This document shows positions 11,027 through 22,591 of a DNA stretch of 64,000 nucleotides, piece by piece; position 1 is the first letter of the stretch, and each line of letters opens with the position of its first letter. The notes beneath the pieces are model-generated. The model was not told the origin of the DNA. It worked only from the letters and a program-made list of their open reading frames with translations, and made no database searches. This DNA comes from an uncultured delta proteobacterium (GTDB lineage Bacteria > Myxococcota_A > Polyangia > Fen-1088): NCBI GenBank assembly GCA_963796685.1, contig CAWCMR010000025.1, positions 320,001-384,000 of the forward strand. Direction: 5' to 3'. The translations under genes were made by a program, and so were the position numbers.

Positions 11027-11838
11027 CCAGAACCAATCAACCAAGACCGCGTACGATCTGGACCGCCTTGGCGCTGCTTGCGGCCCTGGGCGTGCTGCCC
11101 ACCTCCCGAGCGTGGGCGCAAGCCGGTTACGCCTGGCCCGCCGCGCCCCAATCGGCTCCGCAACCCCAGCCGGTTTCGCGGATCGCCGTGCCGGAAGTGC
11201 CCGCGACCTCGTGGGATCCGTTGCGCTTCGAGGTCGCACTCGAGAGCAGAACGACCTGGCCGCTGGACGACGCAGCCAAGCGCCTTGCCGGCAAGCGCGC
11301 GCAGACGGGCGGCGGGTTGTCCCTACAAGCCGACGTCCTACGCCCGAACGACAAGGCAAGCCTGAGGGCGGATTTGAGCTGGCTGACGACCTCGACCTCC
11401 AACTTCCAGGACAGTACCAATCTCGCCGAGAGGCTCGACACCAACGCGATCTCGCTCGGGCTCTCGGCGTGTTACCATCCTTGGCGCTGGCTTGCGCCCT
11501 ACGCGCGGCTGGCGGGGGGCGTGGGCTGGGACAAACTGACCTTGGGCGACGGGGCGAGCAGCCTGCACGACCGAAAGGTCTTCGGCCAGGGCTCCGCGGG
11601 CGCCGGCGTATCGCTGCGCTCGCCGGGGTTGCGCTTGGGGCAGGCATGGTGGGCGCCCCTCGTGGCGGTCATGGGTCAGATCGAGGGTGGCTACGTGTTG
11701 GCGTCCGGTAGCGACTTCTCGCTACAATCTTCGCCTGGGGACGCGGGATCCAGCACCATTCCGACCAGCCCGGTTGCCATCGGACACGTGAGCCGCAGCG
11801 CGCCCTACCTGCGCATCTCGGCCGGCATCGCGTTTTGA
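11023..11838 (+). CDS. Outer-membrane beta-barrel protein
   Basis: Sec signal ending AWA-Q, amphipathic strands (PYARLAGGVGW), C-terminal YLRISAGIAF ending in Phe (BAM signal); ATGA overlap. Confidence 0.75.
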   Translation: MTRTNQPRPRTIWTALALLAALGVLPTSRAWAQAGYAWPAAPQSAPQPQPVSRIAVPEVPATSWDPLRFEVALESRTTWPLDDAAKRLAGKRAQTGGGLSLQADVLRPNDKASLRADLSWLTTSTSNFQDSTNLAERLDTNAISLGLSACYHPWRWLAPYARLAGGVGWDKLTLGDGASSLHDRKVFGQGSAGAGVSLRSPGLRLGQAWWAPLVAVMGQIEGGYVLASGSDFSLQSSPGDAGSSTIPTSPVAIGHVSRSAPYLRISAGIAF

Positions 11839-11931
11839 CCCTCGATTCGCACGCACGCCTTCTGTTACTGTCCAGGGTGGGTAAGGCTGCGTGCCGCGCT
11901 CCAGCCGGGGTGACGGCCGGCCTTGGTGACC

Positions 11932-14778
<2,847 letters not shown>

Positions 14779-14779
14779 T

Positions 14780-16549
14780 CTAGAAGCAGTGGTAGCACAG
14801 CGACTGCGACGTGGACTTCCAGGGCACCGCGTACGTGGCACACGTAGACCCGGTGGCGGCCACCTGGTTGCGATAGGCGTCCAAGATCTCGGCCGGCCCG
14901 AGTCGATAGATGTCGTCCTGCTTGGCGACCCAGAAGACGCAATAGCCGGGTGCCGTGACCGGCGGAAAGAACTCTTGCTGCCCAGTGTGGTAGCCAAGGG
15001 TTGCGTTCATGAAGCTGAACATGGGGAAGAAGGCAGTCAGGTAGCCGCCAAAGAGCTCGTGCCGGGCGGACAGAACCCCCTCGATGCGCGCGATGGCTTG
15101 GGTGTCGACCAGCGGAAACAGATATTTGTGAGGCAGAGCGTGCGGCCGCATGCGCTCGCGCAGGCTGGTGTCGTAGCCCGCGAAGGTGGTCGCCCACGAG
15201 CTGGGAACCACGGCCAACAGCACCGTCACCACGACCACGCGCAACCACACCGTCGGCCGGCGCAGCGAGGAAAGGCGTGCCAGGGCAACCGCCAAATGCG
15301 CAAGCAGGATGACGAGCACGAAGCCGAGGAGCATGCAGGCCCAGACTTGGTATTTCGTCACATAGTAGTATTTCACGCTCGGGCCCTTGCGCAGCACGAG
15401 GAAAAGAGCACTGCTGGCCGCGGAGAAGGCCAGCGGAAAGCGAATGGCCCGAAAGAGCGGCGAACCGAGGCGGAAGGGCTTCCACGACGTCGCCAGCAGG
15501 TAGACGGGTAGCGCCGCGAGCAAGAACATGTCCGCCCTGAAGACCTTGTCCACGTCGAAGCGCTGCATCCCGCCCCACACCCGAAAGATCGGGCGCAACT
15601 CGTGCACGATCAGAACGGCGGCCACACAGAAGACCCCGACGACAATGGCTTGGGCGATTCGCCAGCGCCCGCGAAAGCCCTCGACCGACAAGACGAACGC
15701 CACGGCGAGGGCGGCGTCCGCCAGGTTGAGCGCGTAGGTGTAGCGCAAGAGCACGAATGCCCCGATCAGCGCCGGGATGCGCAGGATCTGCAGGCGAATC
15801 AGCGCATCGGCCGCCCACAGGACTATGAGCGGCACGAGCCCGAAGAGATGAGGGTAGTAGCCGGCGGCCTGGTTGTAGTGAAGGAGAGGCAGAGCAAACA
15901 GCAGCAGTGCCCCCGTAAAGGAAAGCACGGCCACGACCACCCCAGCGATCCATGCCCCCCCGCCCGCCGGGGCTTCTGCTCGCAGCAGGGTGAAGAGGAT
16001 GGTCAGCGGAAACGCCAGGGCCGCCGTGACCGCCACGTAGTAGGCCACCGTGAAGGACCGGAACGCATTCACCTGGAACAGCTTCTCGATCCACCAGGTG
16101 AAGGCGTAGTAGCTGACTTGGCCGTTGTAGACGTTTGGCAAGACGGAGCCAAACAGCTGCATGTTGAGGACATGGGTACCACCGTCCCAACCGTCGACGT
16201 TGGGAAATCCGCCGAAGTCGCGAGCGAAGAGCGCCCAGACGGCGAATCCAACGGGCAACAGCACCATCGCCTCCACCAGCCACGACCTCGGTGACGGCGG
16301 CCAAACACACCGGCTACGCAGCCATGGCCAGAGCGCGACCGCGCCAACGCCGCACACGGTCAACGACAGCACCAAAGCCAGCGGAAGCGACAGGGATGTC
16401 ACCGCACGAATCGGGCCGCTCAGGATGAACGGCATGGCCAGGGCAAGCAGCAGCCACGGCCAACGGGCGCCGCGCATGTCGATCCACTCTGCCGGCGGCA
16501 GAAAGCCGCCTTGCAGTTTGCCAGCGAGAGCGCGCAAGAATCCAGTCAT
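14780..16549 (-). CDS. Polytopic membrane protein (about 12-13 TM), possibly a GT-C fold glycosyltransferase
   Basis: Many hydrophobic helices; acidic loop NVDGWDGGTH after the N-terminal helices; small soluble C-terminal domain. Confidence 0.6.
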   Translation of the reverse strand: MTGFLRALAGKLQGGFLPPAEWIDMRGARWPWLLLALAMPFILSGPIRAVTSLSLPLALVLSLTVCGVGAVALWPWLRSRCVWPPSPRSWLVEAMVLLPVGFAVWALFARDFGGFPNVDGWDGGTHVLNMQLFGSVLPNVYNGQVSYYAFTWWIEKLFQVNAFRSFTVAYYVAVTAALAFPLTILFTLLRAEAPAGGGAWIAGVVVAVLSFTGALLLFALPLLHYNQAAGYYPHLFGLVPLIVLWAADALIRLQILRIPALIGAFVLLRYTYALNLADAALAVAFVLSVEGFRGRWRIAQAIVVGVFCVAAVLIVHELRPIFRVWGGMQRFDVDKVFRADMFLLAALPVYLLATSWKPFRLGSPLFRAIRFPLAFSAASSALFLVLRKGPSVKYYYVTKYQVWACMLLGFVLVILLAHLAVALARLSSLRRPTVWLRVVVVTVLLAVVPSSWATTFAGYDTSLRERMRPHALPHKYLFPLVDTQAIARIEGVLSARHELFGGYLTAFFPMFSFMNATLGYHTGQQEFFPPVTAPGYCVFWVAKQDDIYRLGPAEILDAYRNQVAATGSTCATYAVPWKSTSQSLCYHCF

Positions 16550-16784
16550 CGTCAAGGGTTCCGGGAAGCAGCATCTTGCAGCCAAACGTGCGTATTTCTC
16601 GCACCTTTTCGCCGGGCAGGCGCAAAAAGACTGCTTTTATCGGCGTTTTTTCGTCGCACGCGCGCGGCGATTTCGAGTAGAGTCCGTCGGCCGTCGTTGG
16701 CGTGGCAGCACTGGACCTTAGGTAGGGTCGACCTGGCCGGGCAAACGGCAGCGTCAAGATTCCATTTTTTCAAGAGGAGTGAAG

Positions 16785-17096
16785 ATGGCTAAAGGTCCCC
16801 TGTCCAAATCCGCCCTGATTCAAACGATCGCCGACAAGTCCGACGGAAAGCTCACACGCAAGGATGTCAAAGGTGTGCTCGAAGCCGTCGCCGCCATCGG
16901 CCATACCGAACTGAAGAAGAACGGACTCTTTGTCGTTCCCAGCCTGGTTCGCATGGTCGTCGTCAAGAAGCCCGCGACCAAGGAGCGCAAGGGTATCAAT
17001 CCATTCACCGGTCAAGAGACCGTGTTCAAGGCCAAGCCAGCTCGCAAAGTCGTCAAGGCCCGTCCAGTCAAGGCCGCCAAAGACGCTGTCGCGTAA
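16785..17096 (+). CDS. HU-family DNA-binding protein
   Basis: SKSALIQTIA, KKPATKERKGINPFTG, KAKPARKVVK; GAGGAG RBS. Confidence 0.92.
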   Translation: MAKGPLSKSALIQTIADKSDGKLTRKDVKGVLEAVAAIGHTELKKNGLFVVPSLVRMVVVKKPATKERKGINPFTGQETVFKAKPARKVVKARPVKAAKDAVA

Positions 17097-17161
17097 GCGA
17101 AGCCCGTGTCGTGTGGGGGCCCGCCGGCTTGTCCGGCGGGGCACCACCAAGCTTCGCCGCA

Positions 17162-17213
17162 CGAAGAGATCAGAGGAAGAGATCGGACGAAGAGATCGGA
17201 CGAAGAGGTTGGA
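17162..17213. repeat. Four 13-bp tandem direct repeats upstream of the ABC operon
   Basis: CGAAGAGATCAGA / GGAAGAGATCGGA / CGAAGAGATCGGA / CGAAGAGGTTGGA. Confidence 0.8.
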
Positions 17214-17258
17214 CGGGGTGCGAGTTCGTACTCCAAATGCGGGTAAGGTAGAGAGAGA

Positions 17259-17996
17259 ATGCCCGACCCTCTGGCGGTTCTCGACAGCGTATCGAAGTCC
17301 TTCGGCGACGTGTTCGCCGTGGTTGAGCTCTCGCTGTCGATCCCTGGAGGCGAGGTCTATGGTCTGCTCGGCCCCAACGGCGCGGGCAAGACCACGGCCT
17401 TGCGCATGCTCGCCGGCTTGCTCGCGCCCGGTCGCGGCCATGCCCTGGTGGCCGGTCAAGATGCGAGCCTGCCATCGGCCAAGCGCCGGCTCGGCTATCT
17501 GAGCGGCAGCACCGGCCTTTTCGGCCGACTTTCCCCCCGCGAGGTGCTCGACTACTTTGGGCAGATCCATGGGCTTTCGCGCGCCGAGATCGGCAAGCGC
17601 GTCTCGGTGCTGGCCCAAGCGTTGGCGCTGCAGGGAATTCTCGACCGCCGCTGCGAGGCCCTTTCCACCGGTGAACGCCAGCGCGTCTCCATCGCGCGCA
17701 CCGTGCTTCACGACCCGGCCGTGCTCATCCTCGACGAGCCCACCAGCGGGCTCGACGTGCTCGCCAGCCGGTTCATGCGTGAGTTCGTTCGCGGCGAGCG
17801 CCAACGCGGCAAGGCGGTGCTGTTCTCCACCCACTACCTGGCGGAGGCCGAGCTCCTGTGCGATCGCATCGGCTTTCTCCACCGCGGACGCCTCCTCGTG
17901 GAAGGTCCGCCGTCCGAGATCCGGGCCCGGACCGGCACGACCACGCTCGAAGAGGCCTTCCTGGCCTTGGCGGAAGAGCCCGGGAGCGCGCCGTGA
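17259..17996 (+). CDS. natA: ABC transporter ATP-binding protein, NatA-like
   Basis: GPNGAGKTT, LSTGERQRV, ILDEPTSGLD, FSTH; paired with a NatB-like permease. Confidence 0.85.
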   Translation: MPDPLAVLDSVSKSFGDVFAVVELSLSIPGGEVYGLLGPNGAGKTTALRMLAGLLAPGRGHALVAGQDASLPSAKRRLGYLSGSTGLFGRLSPREVLDYFGQIHGLSRAEIGKRVSVLAQALALQGILDRRCEALSTGERQRVSIARTVLHDPAVLILDEPTSGLDVLASRFMREFVRGERQRGKAVLFSTHYLAEAELLCDRIGFLHRGRLLVEGPPSEIRARTGTTTLEEAFLALAEEPGSAP

Positions 17997-19906
17997 ACCC
18001 GCGCCACGTCTTCCTGACCTTCGGCAAGGAGCTGCGCGAGGCCCTGCGCGACCGGCGCACCCTGGCCATCATGGTTCTCTTGCCCCTGGTGGTCTATCCG
18101 CTCCTATCCATGCTCGCAGCCCAAGTCGCCACGGGTCGCGAGAAGGAACGCGAAGCGCGGCCTTCCACCGTCGCCCTCCACGGGACCGGCCCGTCACGCG
18201 ACGTGCTCGCATCCAAGCTGCAGGAAAATCGGACGCTTTTCGTCCTCTTGCCCACGGGCACCGCCTCCGATGTCGAGCTCGGGCGTCTCGACCTGCTGGT
18301 GGAGATGGACCGACAGGCCGAAGGCAAGGTGTCCGTCATCTACGATGAAAGCCGTGACGAATCGCGCACGGCCGAGGAGCGACTTGGCGGCGTGCTGGCC
18401 AAGTCCTTTCCGGATGGCTGCGCGCCGCGCTTCTCGGCCGAGCGGCGCAGCGTGGCCCCCAAGGCGCAACTGGGTGGCTACTTGCTGTCCAAGGCCCTGC
18501 CCCTCTTCGTGGTCCTCATGGTGCTGCTCGGCGCCTTCTATCCCGCCATCGACGTCACGGCGGGAGAGCGCGAACGCGGCACCCTCGAGACGGTCCTGTG
18601 CTCGCCCATCCGCCGCTTCGATCTGATGCTCGGCAAGGTGCTGGCCGTGGCCACCCTGGCCGCGCTCACCGGCGTGCTCAACTTGGCCTCCATGGCCATC
18701 ACCCTGATGCAGATCCTGCGCCTGGCGTCGCAGAGCGTGGCCCTCGACATTCCATGGGGCCACGCCCTGTTGAGCAGCCTGGTCATCTTCCCCGCGGCCC
18801 TGCTCTTCGCGGCAGCCTTCGTCGCCCTGGGCGCCACCGCGCGCACCTTCAAAGAGGCCCAGACCCTGCTCTTGCCGGTTTACTTTCTCACCGTGGCACC
18901 GGCCATGGCGGGGGCCATCGGCGAGTACCAGCTGGCCGGGATCGTCGCGTGGATCCCGGGGATGAACATCACCCTCCTTGCTCGAGATCTGCTGGTGGGC
19001 CGAGCGACCTGGTCTGGAGTCCTGGCCGCCCTGGCCTCGACGCTCATCCTTGCGACGCTGGCCCTGGCCGTTGCCGCGCGCATCTACGATTCCGAGCGTC
19101 TGGTGGCGCCCGCGCCCCGCCGCCAGCGCACAGCCGGCGCCGCCTTGCGTACCACCAACGCTGGCGACGCCATGGTGCTCTTCGCCCTGGCGTTCCTGCT
19201 GCTCTACTTCGTCTTCTTGCCCATCGAAAAACGCCACCTGGCGAGCGGCCTTCTGGCCGCCGAATGGCTCGGCCTGTTCGGTCTGGTGTGGCTCTTCGCG
19301 CGCATGTCCGGACAGACCTTGGCCGGCGTGGCCGGATTTTCGCGTCCGAAGCCCCAAGCCGTGCTGGGCGCGGCGCTGGCCGGGTGCAGTGCCTGGGCCG
19401 CGGTTGCGATCTTCAGCGAGTGGCTTCTGCCCGTGCCCAAGCAGATGCTCGAAGAGCTGCGCAAGTCGCTCGTTCCCTTGGATGGCAGCCGCGGCTTTCT
19501 CGCGACCCTGCTGCTCGTGGCTGCAAGCCCGGCCATCTGCGAGGAGTGCTTGTTCCGTGGACCCATTCTGCGCGGGCTGCGTACGCGCTTCCATGCCACC
19601 GCTGCCGTGGTTCTCACCGCCGTGCTGTTCGGGCTCTTTCACTTGGATCTCTATCGACTCATCCCCACCACCATCTTGGGCGTCATGCTCGGCTTCATCG
19701 CGCTCGAAAGCGGCTCGATCGTGCCTTCCATGGTGGCCCACTTTTGCAACAATGCCGCGCTCGTCACCTTGGCCAGCCTGCGTCTCGACGAACGGATGGA
19801 CGCTCTCGGCCGCGGCGCCATCACCCTTTTCTTCATCGTCTCCCTCGCCCTGACGGCGGCCGGGCTCGCGCTCGTTCGCGATGCCAAGCCCAAGCCCGAA
19901 GTGTAG
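17993..19906 (+). CDS. NatB-like ABC permease fused to a CPBP (CAAX/Abi) intramembrane protease
   Basis: KELREALRDRRTL and PAIDVTAGERERGTLETVL (NatB); C-terminal EECLFRG, FGLFH, HFCNN (CPBP motifs); GTGA overlap. Confidence 0.88.
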   Translation: MNPRHVFLTFGKELREALRDRRTLAIMVLLPLVVYPLLSMLAAQVATGREKEREARPSTVALHGTGPSRDVLASKLQENRTLFVLLPTGTASDVELGRLDLLVEMDRQAEGKVSVIYDESRDESRTAEERLGGVLAKSFPDGCAPRFSAERRSVAPKAQLGGYLLSKALPLFVVLMVLLGAFYPAIDVTAGERERGTLETVLCSPIRRFDLMLGKVLAVATLAALTGVLNLASMAITLMQILRLASQSVALDIPWGHALLSSLVIFPAALLFAAAFVALGATARTFKEAQTLLLPVYFLTVAPAMAGAIGEYQLAGIVAWIPGMNITLLARDLLVGRATWSGVLAALASTLILATLALAVAARIYDSERLVAPAPRRQRTAGAALRTTNAGDAMVLFALAFLLLYFVFLPIEKRHLASGLLAAEWLGLFGLVWLFARMSGQTLAGVAGFSRPKPQAVLGAALAGCSAWAAVAIFSEWLLPVPKQMLEELRKSLVPLDGSRGFLATLLLVAASPAICEECLFRGPILRGLRTRFHATAAVVLTAVLFGLFHLDLYRLIPTTILGVMLGFIALESGSIVPSMVAHFCNNAALVTLASLRLDERMDALGRGAITLFFIVSLALTAAGLALVRDAKPKPEV

Positions 19907-19960
19907 TCCAGATAACAATTTTTGTTGCTGTGGACCTTGTGAGTCTGGTATTGCTTGGCC

Positions 19961-20656
19961 ATGTCACAAGCGGAAGAAAAGCGCGTCGTGCAGATTCTGC
20001 GCAAGTGCCCGGTGCTTGTCGACGCCCCGGCGGACACGTTGGCAAAGCTTGCGTCAACGGCCCAAACCCAGACCTACCGCGCACGCCAGGTCGTCTATTT
20101 GCCGGGCGATCGCGCCAACACCGTGCACTTCATCGCCAGCGGCCGAGTGAAGGTTTCCAAAGTCACCCGCGACGGGAAGGAGCTCACGCTTGCCTACCGC
20201 ACGAGCGGCGACTATTTCGGTGAGACCTGTCTGCTCGAAGGCGGCCCGCGGGAAGAGATGGTGGAGGCCATGGAGAGCACGACGGGAGTGGAGCTCGAGC
20301 GCACCGGACTCGACGAGCTGATCGCGAGCCATGCCCCGGTTGCCTACTTGTTTGCGCGCTCGCTCATCAGCCGCTGGCGCGGCTTGCAGGCCAAGGTGGA
20401 ACAGCTCGTCTTCAAGGATGTCGGCTCGAAGCTGGCCGAGTTGCTCTTGCGCCTCGGCTCCGAGCACGGCATCGAACATCGCCGCGGCCTGGTGCTCGGG
20501 CTCAAGATCACCCACCAGGAGATGGCGAATCTGATCGGCTCGACGCGTGAGACGGTTTCCCTGACCCTGTCGCAGTTCAAGCGCAAGGGCTACATCCATA
20601 CCGAGGGTCGCAAGGTCATATTGGCCGATCGCGAAAGCCTGCGCTCGCTGACCTGA
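19961..20656 (+). CDS. Crp/Fnr family transcriptional regulator
   Basis: cNMP domain (GDYFGE) plus HTH ITHQEMANLIGSTRETVS. Confidence 0.95.
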   Translation: MSQAEEKRVVQILRKCPVLVDAPADTLAKLASTAQTQTYRARQVVYLPGDRANTVHFIASGRVKVSKVTRDGKELTLAYRTSGDYFGETCLLEGGPREEMVEAMESTTGVELERTGLDELIASHAPVAYLFARSLISRWRGLQAKVEQLVFKDVGSKLAELLLRLGSEHGIEHRRGLVLGLKITHQEMANLIGSTRETVSLTLSQFKRKGYIHTEGRKVILADRESLRSLT

Positions 20657-20710
20657 TTTCCTCGAACGAGCTGGGCCAGACGCGAGGCAATGCCATAGAA
20701 TCAACCTGAC

Positions 20711-22486
20711 ATGGCGGAGACAGGCTACGAAGAGATTCTCGCCGCGTTTCGCGCGGCGGCGCGCCTGTCGAGCGAGCGCTTCTTGGTCGGGGTGGCCGCC
20801 GCCACCGAGCGTTCACGCGTGGTCGCCGCCCTGGCAGCCGAAGGCGAGGTCGTGGCCCTGACGTCCGCCGAGATTGCCCTCGAACGACTGGCCGAGGAAT
20901 CCTTCGAGCTCGCGGTGCTGGATCAAGGCGGTGTCGAGCAGAACATCCTGACCGCGGCACGCGAGATTCGGCCCTTTGCCGATGTCGTGCCCATCGTCGA
21001 CGGCGATCCCGCCTTGGCTGCGGAAATGTTCACGCACGAAGCAGCAGCCGTGCTGCCACGGCCCCTGCCCGCCAGCGATGCGCTCTTTCGCGCCCATCTC
21101 CGCTACCTGGCCTCGTGCCGGCGAGCCCGCACCCGCGCGCTCATGCTCAGCCACGTCATCGCCCAGAACCGCGCTGCCCTGCGCACCATCGAACCAGCCC
21201 TCGAGGGCGCACTGGCCGCGGTGCTCGAGGCCAGTCAGGCAGCCCCGGTGGTGGCCATGCTCGGCGACGCCGAGCTTGGCCGTGTGGTGGGCAACACCTC
21301 CTCGTCCCAGGGCCAAGCCGACGTCATCGTGGTGGGGCTTGGCCCTGCCGATCGGGTCGAGCTTCGCCTGCGCGAGGCCCGCGACCGTGCGGCCGGCGCG
21401 GCGGTGGTGACCGTGGACTCGGCGCCCACGACCGACCGGCTGGTGGCGGCGGTCTATGGCGGGGTGCGTGCCTACCTTGGCCGCGATTTGCTGCCGCAGC
21501 TTGGCCGCGTGGTGGCCGCCATGGGCGCGCGGAGGCGCGCGGAGCTGGCCGGACGTCAACTCGTCGAAACCCTGACCCGCTTCGGCTTCATGGAAGAGCC
21601 CGCGCGCAGCGTTCCCGCTCCGACGCAGGATCTCGACGCCCGGCTCATCGCGGATGCCACCGCGAGAGGTCCGTCCGCGATCGTGCCGTCGGCTCACGAG
21701 GTGCTGGTGGTCGACGACGAGGTGGTCGTGCTGACCGTCCTGCGCGAGCTTCTTCGCCGTAGCGGCTACCGCGTCACGACCGCGGCGTCCGCCGAGGAAG
21801 CCATCGATCTGATGCAAAAGCGCAGCTTCGACCTCGTGCTTACCGACAAGAACCTGCCGGGTGCATCGGGCCTGGAGGTGCTGCGCGTGGCGCGCGGCCT
21901 CGATCCACCTCCCGCCGTGGTCATGATCACCGCGTACTCGTCCTACGACTCGGCGGTTACCGCTCTCGATATCGGTGCGCAGGACTACATAGAAAAACCG
22001 ATCCGGGACGTGGAGGCCCTGCGCTTCCGAATCCGGCGCGCTCTCTCCCGACGCAACGAACAGCTGGCGCGCGCGCGAGAGGCCGGCAAGGAAGAAGAAG
22101 AGAAGCAGGCTCGCATCATGGTCGTGGAGGTCGAAGGCAGCCGGCGCCAGCTGATTGCCGAGTTTCTGGGACGTAGCTACGACGTAACCGCCGCCGCGAA
22201 CGGCGATGAGGCCCTGGATCTGCTGCAAAGGAACCAGTTCGATCTGGTCATCGCGGATCGGAACCTTCCGGGCATGTCGGGCCTGCGCGTGATCGAGCAG
22301 GCGCAGCGCCTGCTACCCCACTGTGCGTCCGTGCTCTACACCGCCTACCCATCCTACGAGACCGTCAAGGAGGCCTTCGAGTTGGGGGTCGACGCCTACC
22401 TCGTGCGTCCCAACCAGGATCTCAAATCGCTCGGCGAGAAGATCGCGGGCGCCCTGCGCAGCCGTGGCGGCATCCTGCTTGGCTAA
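20711..22486 (+). CDS. Multi-receiver response regulator with no recognisable output domain
   Basis: Central REC (VLVVDDE...LTDKNLPG...ITAY...IEKP), C-terminal REC (IADRNLPG...YTAY...LVRP) and a degenerate N-terminal REC-like region. Confidence 0.85.
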   Translation: MAETGYEEILAAFRAAARLSSERFLVGVAAATERSRVVAALAAEGEVVALTSAEIALERLAEESFELAVLDQGGVEQNILTAAREIRPFADVVPIVDGDPALAAEMFTHEAAAVLPRPLPASDALFRAHLRYLASCRRARTRALMLSHVIAQNRAALRTIEPALEGALAAVLEASQAAPVVAMLGDAELGRVVGNTSSSQGQADVIVVGLGPADRVELRLREARDRAAGAAVVTVDSAPTTDRLVAAVYGGVRAYLGRDLLPQLGRVVAAMGARRRAELAGRQLVETLTRFGFMEEPARSVPAPTQDLDARLIADATARGPSAIVPSAHEVLVVDDEVVVLTVLRELLRRSGYRVTTAASAEEAIDLMQKRSFDLVLTDKNLPGASGLEVLRVARGLDPPPAVVMITAYSSYDSAVTALDIGAQDYIEKPIRDVEALRFRIRRALSRRNEQLARAREAGKEEEEKQARIMVVEVEGSRRQLIAEFLGRSYDVTAAANGDEALDLLQRNQFDLVIADRNLPGMSGLRVIEQAQRLLPHCASVLYTAYPSYETVKEAFELGVDAYLVRPNQDLKSLGEKIAGALRSRGGILLG

Positions 22487-22591
22487 TCAAGAACTCGCCA
22501 CCACGACAGAGTTGTCGGTTGACGAGAGGCACTGGTATTTGATTAAGTCCCCAGTTGCAGAAAGCGAGCCCATGCGGGTGGCGTCGACAGC

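Noticed and set aside
11839-11931. LexA box upstream of uvrA
   Set aside because: CTGTTACTGTCCAG resembles but does not fit an SOS-box consensus I can support.
17120-17140. Intrinsic terminator after the HU gene
   Set aside because: A GC hairpin (CCCGCCGG/CCGGCGGG) is present but has no U-tract.
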